DNA of 64,000 nt from Alphaproteobacteria bacterium (GTDB lineage: Bacteria; Pseudomonadota; Alphaproteobacteria; JASGCL01): assembly GCA_965203915.1 (NCBI GenBank), contig OZ241918.1, forward strand, positions 1,013,937 through 1,077,936. Direction: 5' to 3'. The position numbers and the translations under genes are program-made. The number at the start of each line of letters is the position of its first letter. Position 1 is the stretch's first letter. The notes beneath the pieces were generated by a model. That model was not told where the DNA came from, searched no databases, and saw only the letters and a list, made by a program, of their open reading frames with translations. Shown one piece after another: positions 42,517-52,898 of this stretch.

Positions 42517-43479
42517 TTATAAACTAGCAGAATAAGGCAAAGACTTTATGTAATCCTCCATAAACTGCCAATCAGGTTGCCCATCGGGCGTGGCGGGGAG
42601 TTTGATTTTTAACTTCTCTAATCTCGCCTTGCTTGCCGCTCTTCCATAATTAAATTTATCTCTAATTTCATTATCAATTATGGTTTTTAAAAATAAAGCA
42701 TTATATTTATTAAGCTTTTCTGACCTCAGTATAGTTATATTATTACCGCAATAAAATGGGTGCTCTTGATAAAACGATATAACTGATTCGCCGCCAATAA
42801 TTAAACAATTTTCTTTATGCTTGTAATGCATATAATTATTGTCATCAATAACATAGTCAACAACACCATTATTAAATTGAGTTCTAGCGATATATGGTAT
42901 ACTCCTTTTTAAGAGATTGCCCATCATAGATTCCTCTAAAAATTCTTTATGAATAACATGTGCTTTTTTTGTATCTAGTAAATTTTCTATTTTTATATAA
43001 TTCCATAGTCTATCATTTAATTTAAGATTATTTTTAATCTTAGATAATGAAGGTAGAGCTGAAAAAATTTCTACGCTCTTATTGTTATTCACATAATCGG
43101 GAATTTTATCAGGCATAATTATATCTCCTAATCTGCTTGGCGTAACTTTTCTACCATAAGAAAATCTATATTTATTTTTATTTATTAAATAAATATACCA
43201 AAAAATTTCGTTTTTTGACATTTCATTCTTTGGCGTAAGCACCATACAATCATCGGTAATATAACAAGGATAATCATGATAAAATGCCTCGCAAAAGCTT
43301 CCCGTGCGCGATACAGAAATAACATCCTTATATTTTGGCACTATATTAAACAAACCACACACCCCATTATTTGTTCCCTGTGATTTAATAACAGGCGTTT
43401 GCCCCTTTTCTGCATTTTCTATCCCTAAAAAATCGTGCCCGCCATATTTTATGCTAAAAACATCATCTAATTTTTTCAT
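42517..43479 (-). CDS. Restriction-modification specificity subunit (BcgI-B / HsdS-like target-recognition protein)
   Basis: 320 aa, very AT-rich, with TRD-like composition. It follows the fused endonuclease-methyltransferase gene after an 8-bp gap. Confidence 0.6.
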   Translation of the reverse strand: MKKLDDVFSIKYGGHDFLGIENAEKGQTPVIKSQGTNNGVCGLFNIVPKYKDVISVSRTGSFCEAFYHDYPCYITDDCMVLTPKNEMSKNEIFWYIYLINKNKYRFSYGRKVTPSRLGDIIMPDKIPDYVNNNKSVEIFSALPSLSKIKNNLKLNDRLWNYIKIENLLDTKKAHVIHKEFLEESMMGNLLKRSIPYIARTQFNNGVVDYVIDDNNYMHYKHKENCLIIGGESVISFYQEHPFYCGNNITILRSEKLNKYNALFLKTIIDNEIRDKFNYGRAASKARLEKLKIKLPATPDGQPDWQFMEDYIKSLPYSASL

Positions 43480-43487
43480 AGCATCCC

Positions 43488-45290
43488 CTACTCAATTTTG
43501 TTTAAGAATTTAAAGCCGACATAATCACGAATTGTTTTTTCAAAATCTTCTTGATTTAATTTTGAATAATCAGTTTCCATATAGGCCTCAGCACACCACT
43601 CATCTTCTCCTTTTAATTGCTTAACCTCAGCAAAGTCAGCCTTCGCTTGCTTGCTTTTGTAGCCAGCAAGCCATACTTCTTTTAAATTCTTCCATCTATT
43701 ATAATAATCCAGCCGTCCCCTATGTCTTCTCATAACGAATCCATCATCTTTGTAATATCCTAAATAAGTATAAGAATCTTTATTCGGTTGATGCGCCGTT
43801 ATTAAAACAACGGATGTAATAACCCCTATTGGATAAAACAATTGGTCAGGCATAGAAAAAACGGCTTCAAGTGTATGCTTATTTAATAACTTATTTTTTA
43901 ACTCTAATTCTTCGCCTGACTGGGCTAAAACACAGCTAGTAGGAATAATAGCAACGCATTTACCCCCTTTGGATAACATTTCTAAATTATTTAAAATGAA
44001 TTCCCATTCTTGAATGCCTGCTTTTTTAGTGCGATATGGTGGGTTAAGCATACCTATGTTAGGAGCATGCTTTTCTCTAATAAATTCTGTTAATAATTGC
44101 CCACCAACTTTATCAAAACAGCTATGTGGATAAATATTACTTTTCCCGTCACCATGGATAAACATATTCGAAACAGCCAATGCAAAAATATGAGGCTGGC
44201 TTTCAATTCCTACCAATTGATTTTTATGTATTTCTCTTATTTTATTTTTATTATCTTTAGCATCCATTATCATTTTTTTCATTGCAGAAATTAAAAAGCC
44301 ACCAGTGCCGGTACAATTATCAACAACTACGCTATCTTTATTTACCTCTGCTATTTCTGCAAAAAATTCGGTAATATGGGGTGGGGTTAAAACAATACCC
44401 AAAGCTTTATCGCCATTTGCATAGCGAAGAAATTCTATATAAAACTGACCCAAAATATCAAAATATTGATAGTTTTTAATAAATTGATTAACGTTCTTAT
44501 CAATTTCTTTTATTAAATCATAAAGATTGTTTTCTACTTCGCAAAGATTGCGGTGCGTTGTTATAAATTCATAAACTTTTTTTAAATTCTCAACTTTTTC
44601 TGCTCCTAAATTTGCCTCGTTAAGATTCCTGCTAATTTCTTTTACCAAATCTTGAGCAAGTATTTTAGACTTTTTAATTCCACCATCCTTACCATGAATA
44701 TGAAAATCATTGCTTTGCAAACCGATAATAATGCCACTTACAAGCAATGCCCTTAAGCCTTCTGGTATTTCATATTTTTTACCATGCAGCGTCTCGTTCA
44801 ATTCCTTAGAATATTCTAATAGTTTTTGATAATCTTGATTATACTTCCTATTATCCTTTAACAAAGAATCCAGATAATTCTCTAAAGAAAGCAATTCATC
44901 ACCAAGAAAATCTAATGCTGTATTTGTGCTCCGTAAATATAAAAAATGTTTAACTTTATAATTATTCTTATCGCCGCTGACCGCAATCGCAATGACGTCA
45001 AATTCTTTAGATAAATAAGCGGCGTAATGCTTGGCATCACTTTCGGCTTGAGGCTGGTCTTTAATATCAGCCTTGCATTCAATAACTATTAGTAAATTTC
45101 TATCATTATATTTAATAATAAATTCAGGCCGACCATGGTTATTGCCCTTTTTAGAGGCATTTTTTAAAAGTTTTTGAATAATTGGGTTATCCGAAGACTG
45201 CTCGGCCAATGTCGCCTTCTCGTCCTTAATAAAAGCATCACCCTCAAAATGACGGCGAACGATGGATTCGGTTATTCTTTCATTTGCCAT
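43488..45290 (-). CDS. Fused restriction endonuclease / N6-adenine DNA methyltransferase (type IIB, BcgI-A-like)
   Basis: N-terminal PD-(D/E)xK nuclease motif (PE at residues 55-56, then ECK at 71-73). Gamma-class MTase motif I VVDNCTGTGGFL is followed by motif IV NPPY. 600 aa, about 30% GC. Confidence 0.75.
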   Translation of the reverse strand: MANERITESIVRRHFEGDAFIKDEKATLAEQSSDNPIIQKLLKNASKKGNNHGRPEFIIKYNDRNLLIVIECKADIKDQPQAESDAKHYAAYLSKEFDVIAIAVSGDKNNYKVKHFLYLRSTNTALDFLGDELLSLENYLDSLLKDNRKYNQDYQKLLEYSKELNETLHGKKYEIPEGLRALLVSGIIIGLQSNDFHIHGKDGGIKKSKILAQDLVKEISRNLNEANLGAEKVENLKKVYEFITTHRNLCEVENNLYDLIKEIDKNVNQFIKNYQYFDILGQFYIEFLRYANGDKALGIVLTPPHITEFFAEIAEVNKDSVVVDNCTGTGGFLISAMKKMIMDAKDNKNKIREIHKNQLVGIESQPHIFALAVSNMFIHGDGKSNIYPHSCFDKVGGQLLTEFIREKHAPNIGMLNPPYRTKKAGIQEWEFILNNLEMLSKGGKCVAIIPTSCVLAQSGEELELKNKLLNKHTLEAVFSMPDQLFYPIGVITSVVLITAHQPNKDSYTYLGYYKDDGFVMRRHRGRLDYYNRWKNLKEVWLAGYKSKQAKADFAEVKQLKGEDEWCAEAYMETDYSKLNQEDFEKTIRDYVGFKFLNKIE

Positions 45291-45354
45291 TGCTTTCTCC
45301 TCTCACTCGACTTTCTAACGATTCGGGGGAGTGCCGCAAGATATTTCTTAAACC

Positions 45355-46254
45355 CTACCCCCGCCGTCTGCGGCGTTCGCCGCGGGCTTCGCCGCTGCTG
45401 CCTGCTGGGGCGGGCTCGCGGTATTTTGAAATCCATGTGGCGCAATTTACATCGGTGCCCGCAATAACATTGGCCGACATAATGCCAACCATTTCTTCTT
45501 CATGCAGCGGATTCATAATGGCCGATGTCATGCCCGCGCCAATCGCCATGGACAAAAATGTCGCGTTCAGCGCATGGCGATTCGGTAAACCAAAACTAAT
45601 ATTCGACGCACCGCACGATGTGTTGACCTTTAATTCTTCGCGCAGGCGACGGATAAGCTTCATCGCCGCTTGCCCTGCCTGGCCCAACGCGCCAATCGGC
45701 ATCACCAACGGGTCAATCAAAACGTCGCTGGCGGGAATGCCATAATCCATCGCGCGTTGCACAATTTTTTTTGCCACTTCAAAACGCACATCGGGGTTTT
45801 CAGAAATACCCGTTTCGTCATTCGAAATACCAATCACCGCGCAATTGTATTTTTTAACCAGGGGAAGCACAACTTCCAATCGTTCTTCCTCTCCCGTTAC
45901 CGAATTTAACAATGCCTTGCCCTTATAAACCGACAGGCCACGTTCCAAAGCCGCAACGATGGAAGAATCGATACATAATGGTATGTCGGTCATGTCCTGA
46001 ACCAATTGGATGGTTTTTGCCAAAATGGCGGGTTCGTCGGCCAGGGGGATGCCCGCGTTGATATCCAACATTTGCGCGCCCGCGGCAACTTGGGCTTCGA
46101 CGTCTCTTATCACCGTTTCAAAATTGCCTTCTTTCATTTCGGCGGCCAATTTTTTGCGCCCCGTTGGGTTGATGCGTTCGCCAATCACCACGAATGGTTT
46201 GTCGAAACCGATGGTTATTTTTTTACGGTCAGAGCTTACGATGGTATCAGTCAT
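45355..46254 (-). CDS. Methyltetrahydrofolate:corrinoid methyltransferase, pterin-binding (MtrH/AcsE/MetH pterin-domain-like)
   Basis: Pterin-binding TIM-barrel signature ...VIGERINPTGRKK... and ...MLDINAG... The C-terminus ends in a GERRRRRG tail. Confidence 0.8.
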   Translation of the reverse strand: MTDTIVSSDRKKITIGFDKPFVVIGERINPTGRKKLAAEMKEGNFETVIRDVEAQVAAGAQMLDINAGIPLADEPAILAKTIQLVQDMTDIPLCIDSSIVAALERGLSVYKGKALLNSVTGEEERLEVVLPLVKKYNCAVIGISNDETGISENPDVRFEVAKKIVQRAMDYGIPASDVLIDPLVMPIGALGQAGQAAMKLIRRLREELKVNTSCGASNISFGLPNRHALNATFLSMAIGAGMTSAIMNPLHEEEMVGIMSANVIAGTDVNCATWISKYREPAPAGSSGEARGERRRRRG

Positions 46255-46431
46255 TGTTTTTTCTTTGTTAGCGTTATTAGTAGGGGAAAGTTATTTTTTC
46301 CTATCCCAAAGGACAAACAAAAACAAGCAGAAAAACAGGTATTTTTTATTTTGTATTTGCAACAATTTATGATAGGTTGTGTGAAAACAAAATAAGCTTG
46401 TGTAACCAAAAAAATAAGGAGAAACGATTCC

Positions 46432-47217
46432 ATGGTTGATATTATTCCATTAAAACTTAACCCATCGGGGGAACCGTTGGGGCAAGCAAGCCACGAGGTT
46501 TTAAACAATGACGGCACCAAATTATTTTCGGTGCGCGCGGGCAAGCCAGGCGAAACCGACACATGGTTAAGCAACGAATATAAACAATTGGGCATTTACA
46601 CCGGTTTTTGGGCCATTACCGAATCGGAAAGCACGGTTAATTACAACGAATGGGAATATTTCCATTTTTTAAAGGGCGAAGCCATCATCACCAATAACCA
46701 AGGGCAATCATGGACGGTGAATAGCAACATGGCGGTGGTTGTTCCCAATGGGTTTAAAGGCCGTTGGCAAACCACCAAACCCATTGTAAAAAAATTCGTC
46801 ATTATTGCGCCCGAGCAAGGATTGCGTGAAAACCATGACCCCAATAAATTAATCATCATATCGAATGATTCGCCCGACATGCCCGAAGCCGTGATGGAAA
46901 AAACCCCCGCGGAAAAATTATTGTCGGCCCCTGGCACCATGGACACCACGACATGGAATTTTTACAACGACGAAAACAATTCGGTCATTATTGATTGCGG
47001 CCGTTGGTGGTGCAAGGTTGGTAAAAAAAATACATTTCACGAAGGTTATTGGGAATTTTGTCATTTGCTACGCGGCGCGGCAACATTAACCAACGATGCT
47101 GGCCAATCATGGTCGTTTAAAGCGGGCGATGGTTTTATTGTTCCCCCCAATTTCAAAGGAACATGGGACACCACCGAAGAATTATTAAAGGAATATGTTA
47201 TCGTAACGCCGAGGTAG
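46432..47217 (+). CDS. Tandem cupin (DUF861/cupin_3-like) protein
   Basis: Two internally repeated halves of about 110 aa (...FLKGEAIITNNQGQSWTV...VVPNGFKGRWQT... and ...LLRGAATLTNDAGQSWSF...IVPPNFKGTWDT...). Confidence 0.55.
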   Translation: MVDIIPLKLNPSGEPLGQASHEVLNNDGTKLFSVRAGKPGETDTWLSNEYKQLGIYTGFWAITESESTVNYNEWEYFHFLKGEAIITNNQGQSWTVNSNMAVVVPNGFKGRWQTTKPIVKKFVIIAPEQGLRENHDPNKLIIISNDSPDMPEAVMEKTPAEKLLSAPGTMDTTTWNFYNDENNSVIIDCGRWWCKVGKKNTFHEGYWEFCHLLRGAATLTNDAGQSWSFKAGDGFIVPPNFKGTWDTTEELLKEYVIVTPR

Positions 47218-47218
47218 G

Positions 47219-47845
47219 ATGCTTAATACAAGTTATTTAGATAATTTAAATTTGACCGAAGCGCAGATTGGCAATCTTTCGGCAGTTATGAGAGAGCGGG
47301 AAGATTTCCAATCGGTAGAAGATGCTGTAGCAAAAGCCAAAAGCAATCCTACAAATGAAAATTTAATCGAAGCCTTTTGTGAAATTCAGGCGTGGGGTGG
47401 TAGAGATGCTTGGAGACATAAAGGTAAATGGATGACAGTAGAAACCCTAGAAATCTACAAGCAATTAGTTAAGGCTGTTAGCAATATCCCAAATAATAGT
47501 GGCTATTATGACTATGAATCGATATTACCGCCAACGATAAAAATAAATGGCTTGGGTATATCTTATCATTCTAAACATTTAAAATTCTTGAACAATAAAT
47601 TAGTGGTTTATGATAGCTATATTAGTCAAAAAATTGGCGACAAGGGAGAAACCATAAATGGATACAAATCTTTCCACCGATGGTGTGCTGCAAAAGCAGA
47701 ATCATGTAATGTTGAAATAATAAAAGTAGAAGAAGCCGTTTGGCAAAAAATATTAGAAAATGATAAAAAAACTTTTGTTGCTCCTAAAAGAGAAACTCTA
47801 AAAAAACAAATAGATGATTTCAAAAAAGAAATTGGGCTCTACTAG
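47219..47845 (+). CDS. Hypothetical protein, AT-rich orphan
   Basis: 208 aa. Its ATG is 1 nt after the stop of the cupin gene. Codon usage is distinct (AGA/AAA rich). I recognise no motifs. Confidence 0.4.
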   Translation: MLNTSYLDNLNLTEAQIGNLSAVMREREDFQSVEDAVAKAKSNPTNENLIEAFCEIQAWGGRDAWRHKGKWMTVETLEIYKQLVKAVSNIPNNSGYYDYESILPPTIKINGLGISYHSKHLKFLNNKLVVYDSYISQKIGDKGETINGYKSFHRWCAAKAESCNVEIIKVEEAVWQKILENDKKTFVAPKRETLKKQIDDFKKEIGLY

Positions 47846-47985
47846 CAACATCACCTACACAATCAAACCCCCGCCCCTACAACTTCGCCCCGTCATATTG
47901 TTGAACCTTGACCGATTGTTCATCAAGCCCGTCAAAGCAATGCAGGTTGATGGCGTAGGTTTTTTGCACCATCCTGTCCGCGCTT

Positions 47986-48807
47986 CTACTTCTCAATCTT
48001 ATAACTGTCGCCATACATTTTCCAATGAAGGGGTAGGTTAAGCTCCAAGTTTTTTTGCTTTAAAAACACGCGCTGCGCCGTTTCTATACGGCTTAGGTCC
48101 TCATGCGCTGCCTCGCGCTTCATCACCACATTGCGATAATCCAGAAATTTATTGAGGTAGGCAATTTCATCGCCCCCCTGGCTGGGTGGTTTAATCTTTT
48201 TCATGGCGGCGGCGCGAATACCCTGCAATGTTTCGTCATCCGCTTCATCCCCCAACCCATGCACCACCGCCGCGTCATAATAAATAAATTGCCCTAATAT
48301 ACCCAAACCATCTTGCTTCGCCATTTTTACCGCGGGGTTAAAATATTGTCTATCACGAATATCATCCTGCGCCGCACGAAATTTTGGGTCGGCGGCGGCG
48401 GCGCGCCATGCCTTCACAAATTTATCGTCGAGCCCCGCATGGGACGCCGAACCATTAACGCGTTTCAAGGCTGGCAAAAATTCCGCCAAGGAATTACGCG
48501 GCACGCGCGCCGTATAATTTTCTACCACTTCCAACATATCGCCCGTGGCGGACGTAAAACCAATAATCCCCCCCGTGTAACCACGGTCGTCCTTAATATC
48601 CTCGATATAACTATATTGCGCCCGCCAATCTAACGAAGAATTTTCTGCGCTGGAAACCAACTTCATCGCTATTTCTTTTTTATCGGGTGCGGATAAATCT
48701 GCCCCTTGCGCCCTTGCCCATATCGCCAACAACAACATGGTGGCAAAAAACCCGCCACGGCAAATACTCCCTAGCAATGAAACTATTTTTTTTCTTATTA
48801 TTATCAA
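47986..48807 (-). CDS. csn: Secreted chitosanase, glycoside hydrolase family 46
   Basis: Signal peptide, then KKEIAMKLVSSAENSSLDWRAQYSYIEDIKDDRGYTGGIIGFTSATGDML. This is near-identical in pattern to the GH46 catalytic core I recall from Streptomyces N174 chitosanase, including the Glu in ENSS and the Asp in DDRGYT. Confidence 0.75.
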   Translation of the reverse strand: MIIIRKKIVSLLGSICRGGFFATMLLLAIWARAQGADLSAPDKKEIAMKLVSSAENSSLDWRAQYSYIEDIKDDRGYTGGIIGFTSATGDMLEVVENYTARVPRNSLAEFLPALKRVNGSASHAGLDDKFVKAWRAAAADPKFRAAQDDIRDRQYFNPAVKMAKQDGLGILGQFIYYDAAVVHGLGDEADDETLQGIRAAAMKKIKPPSQGGDEIAYLNKFLDYRNVVMKREAAHEDLSRIETAQRVFLKQKNLELNLPLHWKMYGDSYKIEK

Positions 48808-48867
48808 GATGATGTCCCCTTTTTTTTAACCAAGTTTCTAGCAAAATAACATTTGGCAAGCAAAATA

Positions 48868-50946
<2,079 letters not shown>

Positions 50947-50951
50947 TTACC

Positions 50952-51419
50952 TTATTTACCATTTTTCTCATACCAAGCAAAGAATCTTTCTTTGTCTTTG
51001 TAAGAATTTGGTTTTTCCATAATACGTTGATGAATACGCTGGGCGTTGACCATTATTTCTTGCTCGCTGGGCTGATATTCGATAAAAAAATCATTAAGAA
51101 TTTTTTTATGCCGCAACAGGGCGGCAAAACGTTGTTGATTTTTGTCGTATGTTATATCATTCACCGTCATGCCGCGTTGCGTCATTTCTTGCGCCAATTG
51201 TGAAAATCGCTGTTGCAAAAACGGTATCTTGTCATACCAAAAATAAACATGCCCCGTCCCCAAAATATAAACGGGGGATATTTTTTGTTTTATCATGATG
51301 GGCGTTTTCTTTTCCAATGTTTTTTGCAAACATGGGGCGATGCGCGGTAATTCGGTAAATTCGGCCACCAAATGTCGAGCGGTTAAGACCCCTGGCGGTA
51401 TGATGTTGATGCGTGTCAT
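50952..51419 (-). CDS. pdg: Pyrimidine dimer DNA glycosylase (T4 endonuclease V / DenV family)
   Basis: MTRINIIPPGVLTARHLVAEFTELPRI...ISPVYILGTGHVYFWYDKIPFL aligns along its length with phage T4 endoV as I recall it ([27 protein letters not shown]...[22 protein letters not shown]). Confidence 0.8.
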   Translation of the reverse strand: MTRINIIPPGVLTARHLVAEFTELPRIAPCLQKTLEKKTPIMIKQKISPVYILGTGHVYFWYDKIPFLQQRFSQLAQEMTQRGMTVNDITYDKNQQRFAALLRHKKILNDFFIEYQPSEQEIMVNAQRIHQRIMEKPNSYKDKERFFAWYEKNGK

Positions 51420-51539
51420 TTTTTATCCCTCTTGTTCTATAATCTATTTGCTTTAGAATATCATCCCACGATTAACAACTTTTTTACGCTCAACATTTTT
51501 GTCATTGACTTGATAAACCACCTTGTCTATAAAATTTTT

Positions 51540-52898
51540 ATGTTCATCCCCGATAATGTTAATCCCCTACCGCTAGAATTTCAGCAAAAAAAGCCAGGCC
51601 TGTTTTCAGGCGGGTATCAATTAACCGATCGCGAAACTTATTATCAGGCATCATCGACAAAATACACGCCCTTTCCCATGTTGCGCGGCAACAAAAAATG
51701 CGACGTGGTTATTGTTGGTGGTGGCTACGCGGGGTTATCGGCGGCGATTGAATTGGCGAAGGCTGGGGCATCGGTTATTGTTTTGGAACAAAATAAAATT
51801 GGCTATGGCTGTTCGGGGCGCAATGGCGGACAATTGATAAGGGGTTGGCATTGGGAACAAAAGGATTTGGAGAAAAAATTTGGTCGCGCCATGGGCGATA
51901 TGGCCTGGCAAATCGGCATTGATTCCGTGGCCTTGGTAAAAAACAGGATAAAAGAATTTAATATCGATGCCGAATATAAGCCAGGTTGGAACTATGCCCC
52001 CATCAGCCAAAAGCAGGATATTTATTTGCGCGAAAGTATCGAATTCTTAGCCAAACGAAATTACAAACTAACCTATTATCCCAAAAGTGAGGTCGGCAAG
52101 AAATTAAAAACCGAACGTTATATAAGTTTTGGCGAAGACAAATTGGCGGGCAGTTTGCATCCGCTAAAACTGACTATCGGCTACGCCCTGGCGGCGAAAA
52201 AATTGGGAACAGAAATTTTTGAATTCTCCCCTGCTATCGACCTTAATATGGATGAAGGAGTGGTGAAAACCCCGTTTGGCACCGTAACGGCGGATAATAT
52301 CATTTTGGCGGGCGGCGCTTACCTCAATTGGAAACGCCGTCTGGTTAAAAAACTCTATCAAAAAATAATGCCCGTGGGCAGTTACATCTTGGCAACCGAG
52401 CCCCTGTCCGATTCATTAAACCCTATACTTGACGACCAATCCTATTGCGACCTGAATTGGGCTTTGGATTATTTCCGCCTAAGCACCGATAACCGTATGT
52501 TGTTTGGTGGTCGCGCAACCTACAGCACGCTTGAACCAAAAAATGTTAAGGCTTGGATGAGACCGCGCATGACCAAGGTCTTTCCCCAATTAAAAGATGT
52601 GAAGATAGATTATGCCTGGGGCGGGCTTATTGATATAACGATGAATCGCCTGCCCGATATTGGTATGTTGAACGACCGAACATTTTATATCCAAGGGTTT
52701 TCTGGTCAAGGCGTCAACATGGCGCCCATATGCGGAAAAATTGTCGCCGAGGCTTTGTTGAGCCGCAACCGTGGTGAGAAACATCGCCAATTTGATATGT
52801 TAAAGAGTTTCGAACATAAATCTTTCCCTGGAGGATTTTTACGCACGCCATTGTTGGTGTTGGCGATGCTTTATTATCGACTTAAAGATAAACTATAA
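51540..52898 (+). CDS. FAD-dependent oxidoreductase, gamma-glutamylputrescine oxidase (PuuB)-like
   Basis: The start is reset to the Met at 51540, because the upstream part of the track ORF is AT-rich low-complexity. YYQASSTKYTPFPML...CDVVIVGGGYAGLSAA...GRNGGQL matches the PuuB/DadA-type N-terminus. Confidence 0.75.
   Translation: MFIPDNVNPLPLEFQQKKPGLFSGGYQLTDRETYYQASSTKYTPFPMLRGNKKCDVVIVGGGYAGLSAAIELAKAGASVIVLEQNKIGYGCSGRNGGQLIRGWHWEQKDLEKKFGRAMGDMAWQIGIDSVALVKNRIKEFNIDAEYKPGWNYAPISQKQDIYLRESIEFLAKRNYKLTYYPKSEVGKKLKTERYISFGEDKLAGSLHPLKLTIGYALAAKKLGTEIFEFSPAIDLNMDEGVVKTPFGTVTADNIILAGGAYLNWKRRLVKKLYQKIMPVGSYILATEPLSDSLNPILDDQSYCDLNWALDYFRLSTDNRMLFGGRATYSTLEPKNVKAWMRPRMTKVFPQLKDVKIDYAWGGLIDITMNRLPDIGMLNDRTFYIQGFSGQGVNMAPICGKIVAEALLSRNRGEKHRQFDMLKSFEHKSFPGGFLRTPLLVLAMLYYRLKDKL

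Larger units (their letters stand above)
42491..45354. mobile_element. AT-rich horizontally acquired RM island inserted between the MtrH-like and RamA-like genes
   Basis: There is a sharp GC drop relative to both flanking genes. It is a two-gene defence cassette in the same orientation as the flanking operon. I see no integrase or repeats. Confidence 0.45.

Noticed and set aside
42491-45354. Complete mobile element (IS or integron) bounding the RM island
   Set aside because: No transposase, integrase, inverted repeats or direct repeats are visible at the junctions. Only the compositional shift supports foreign origin.
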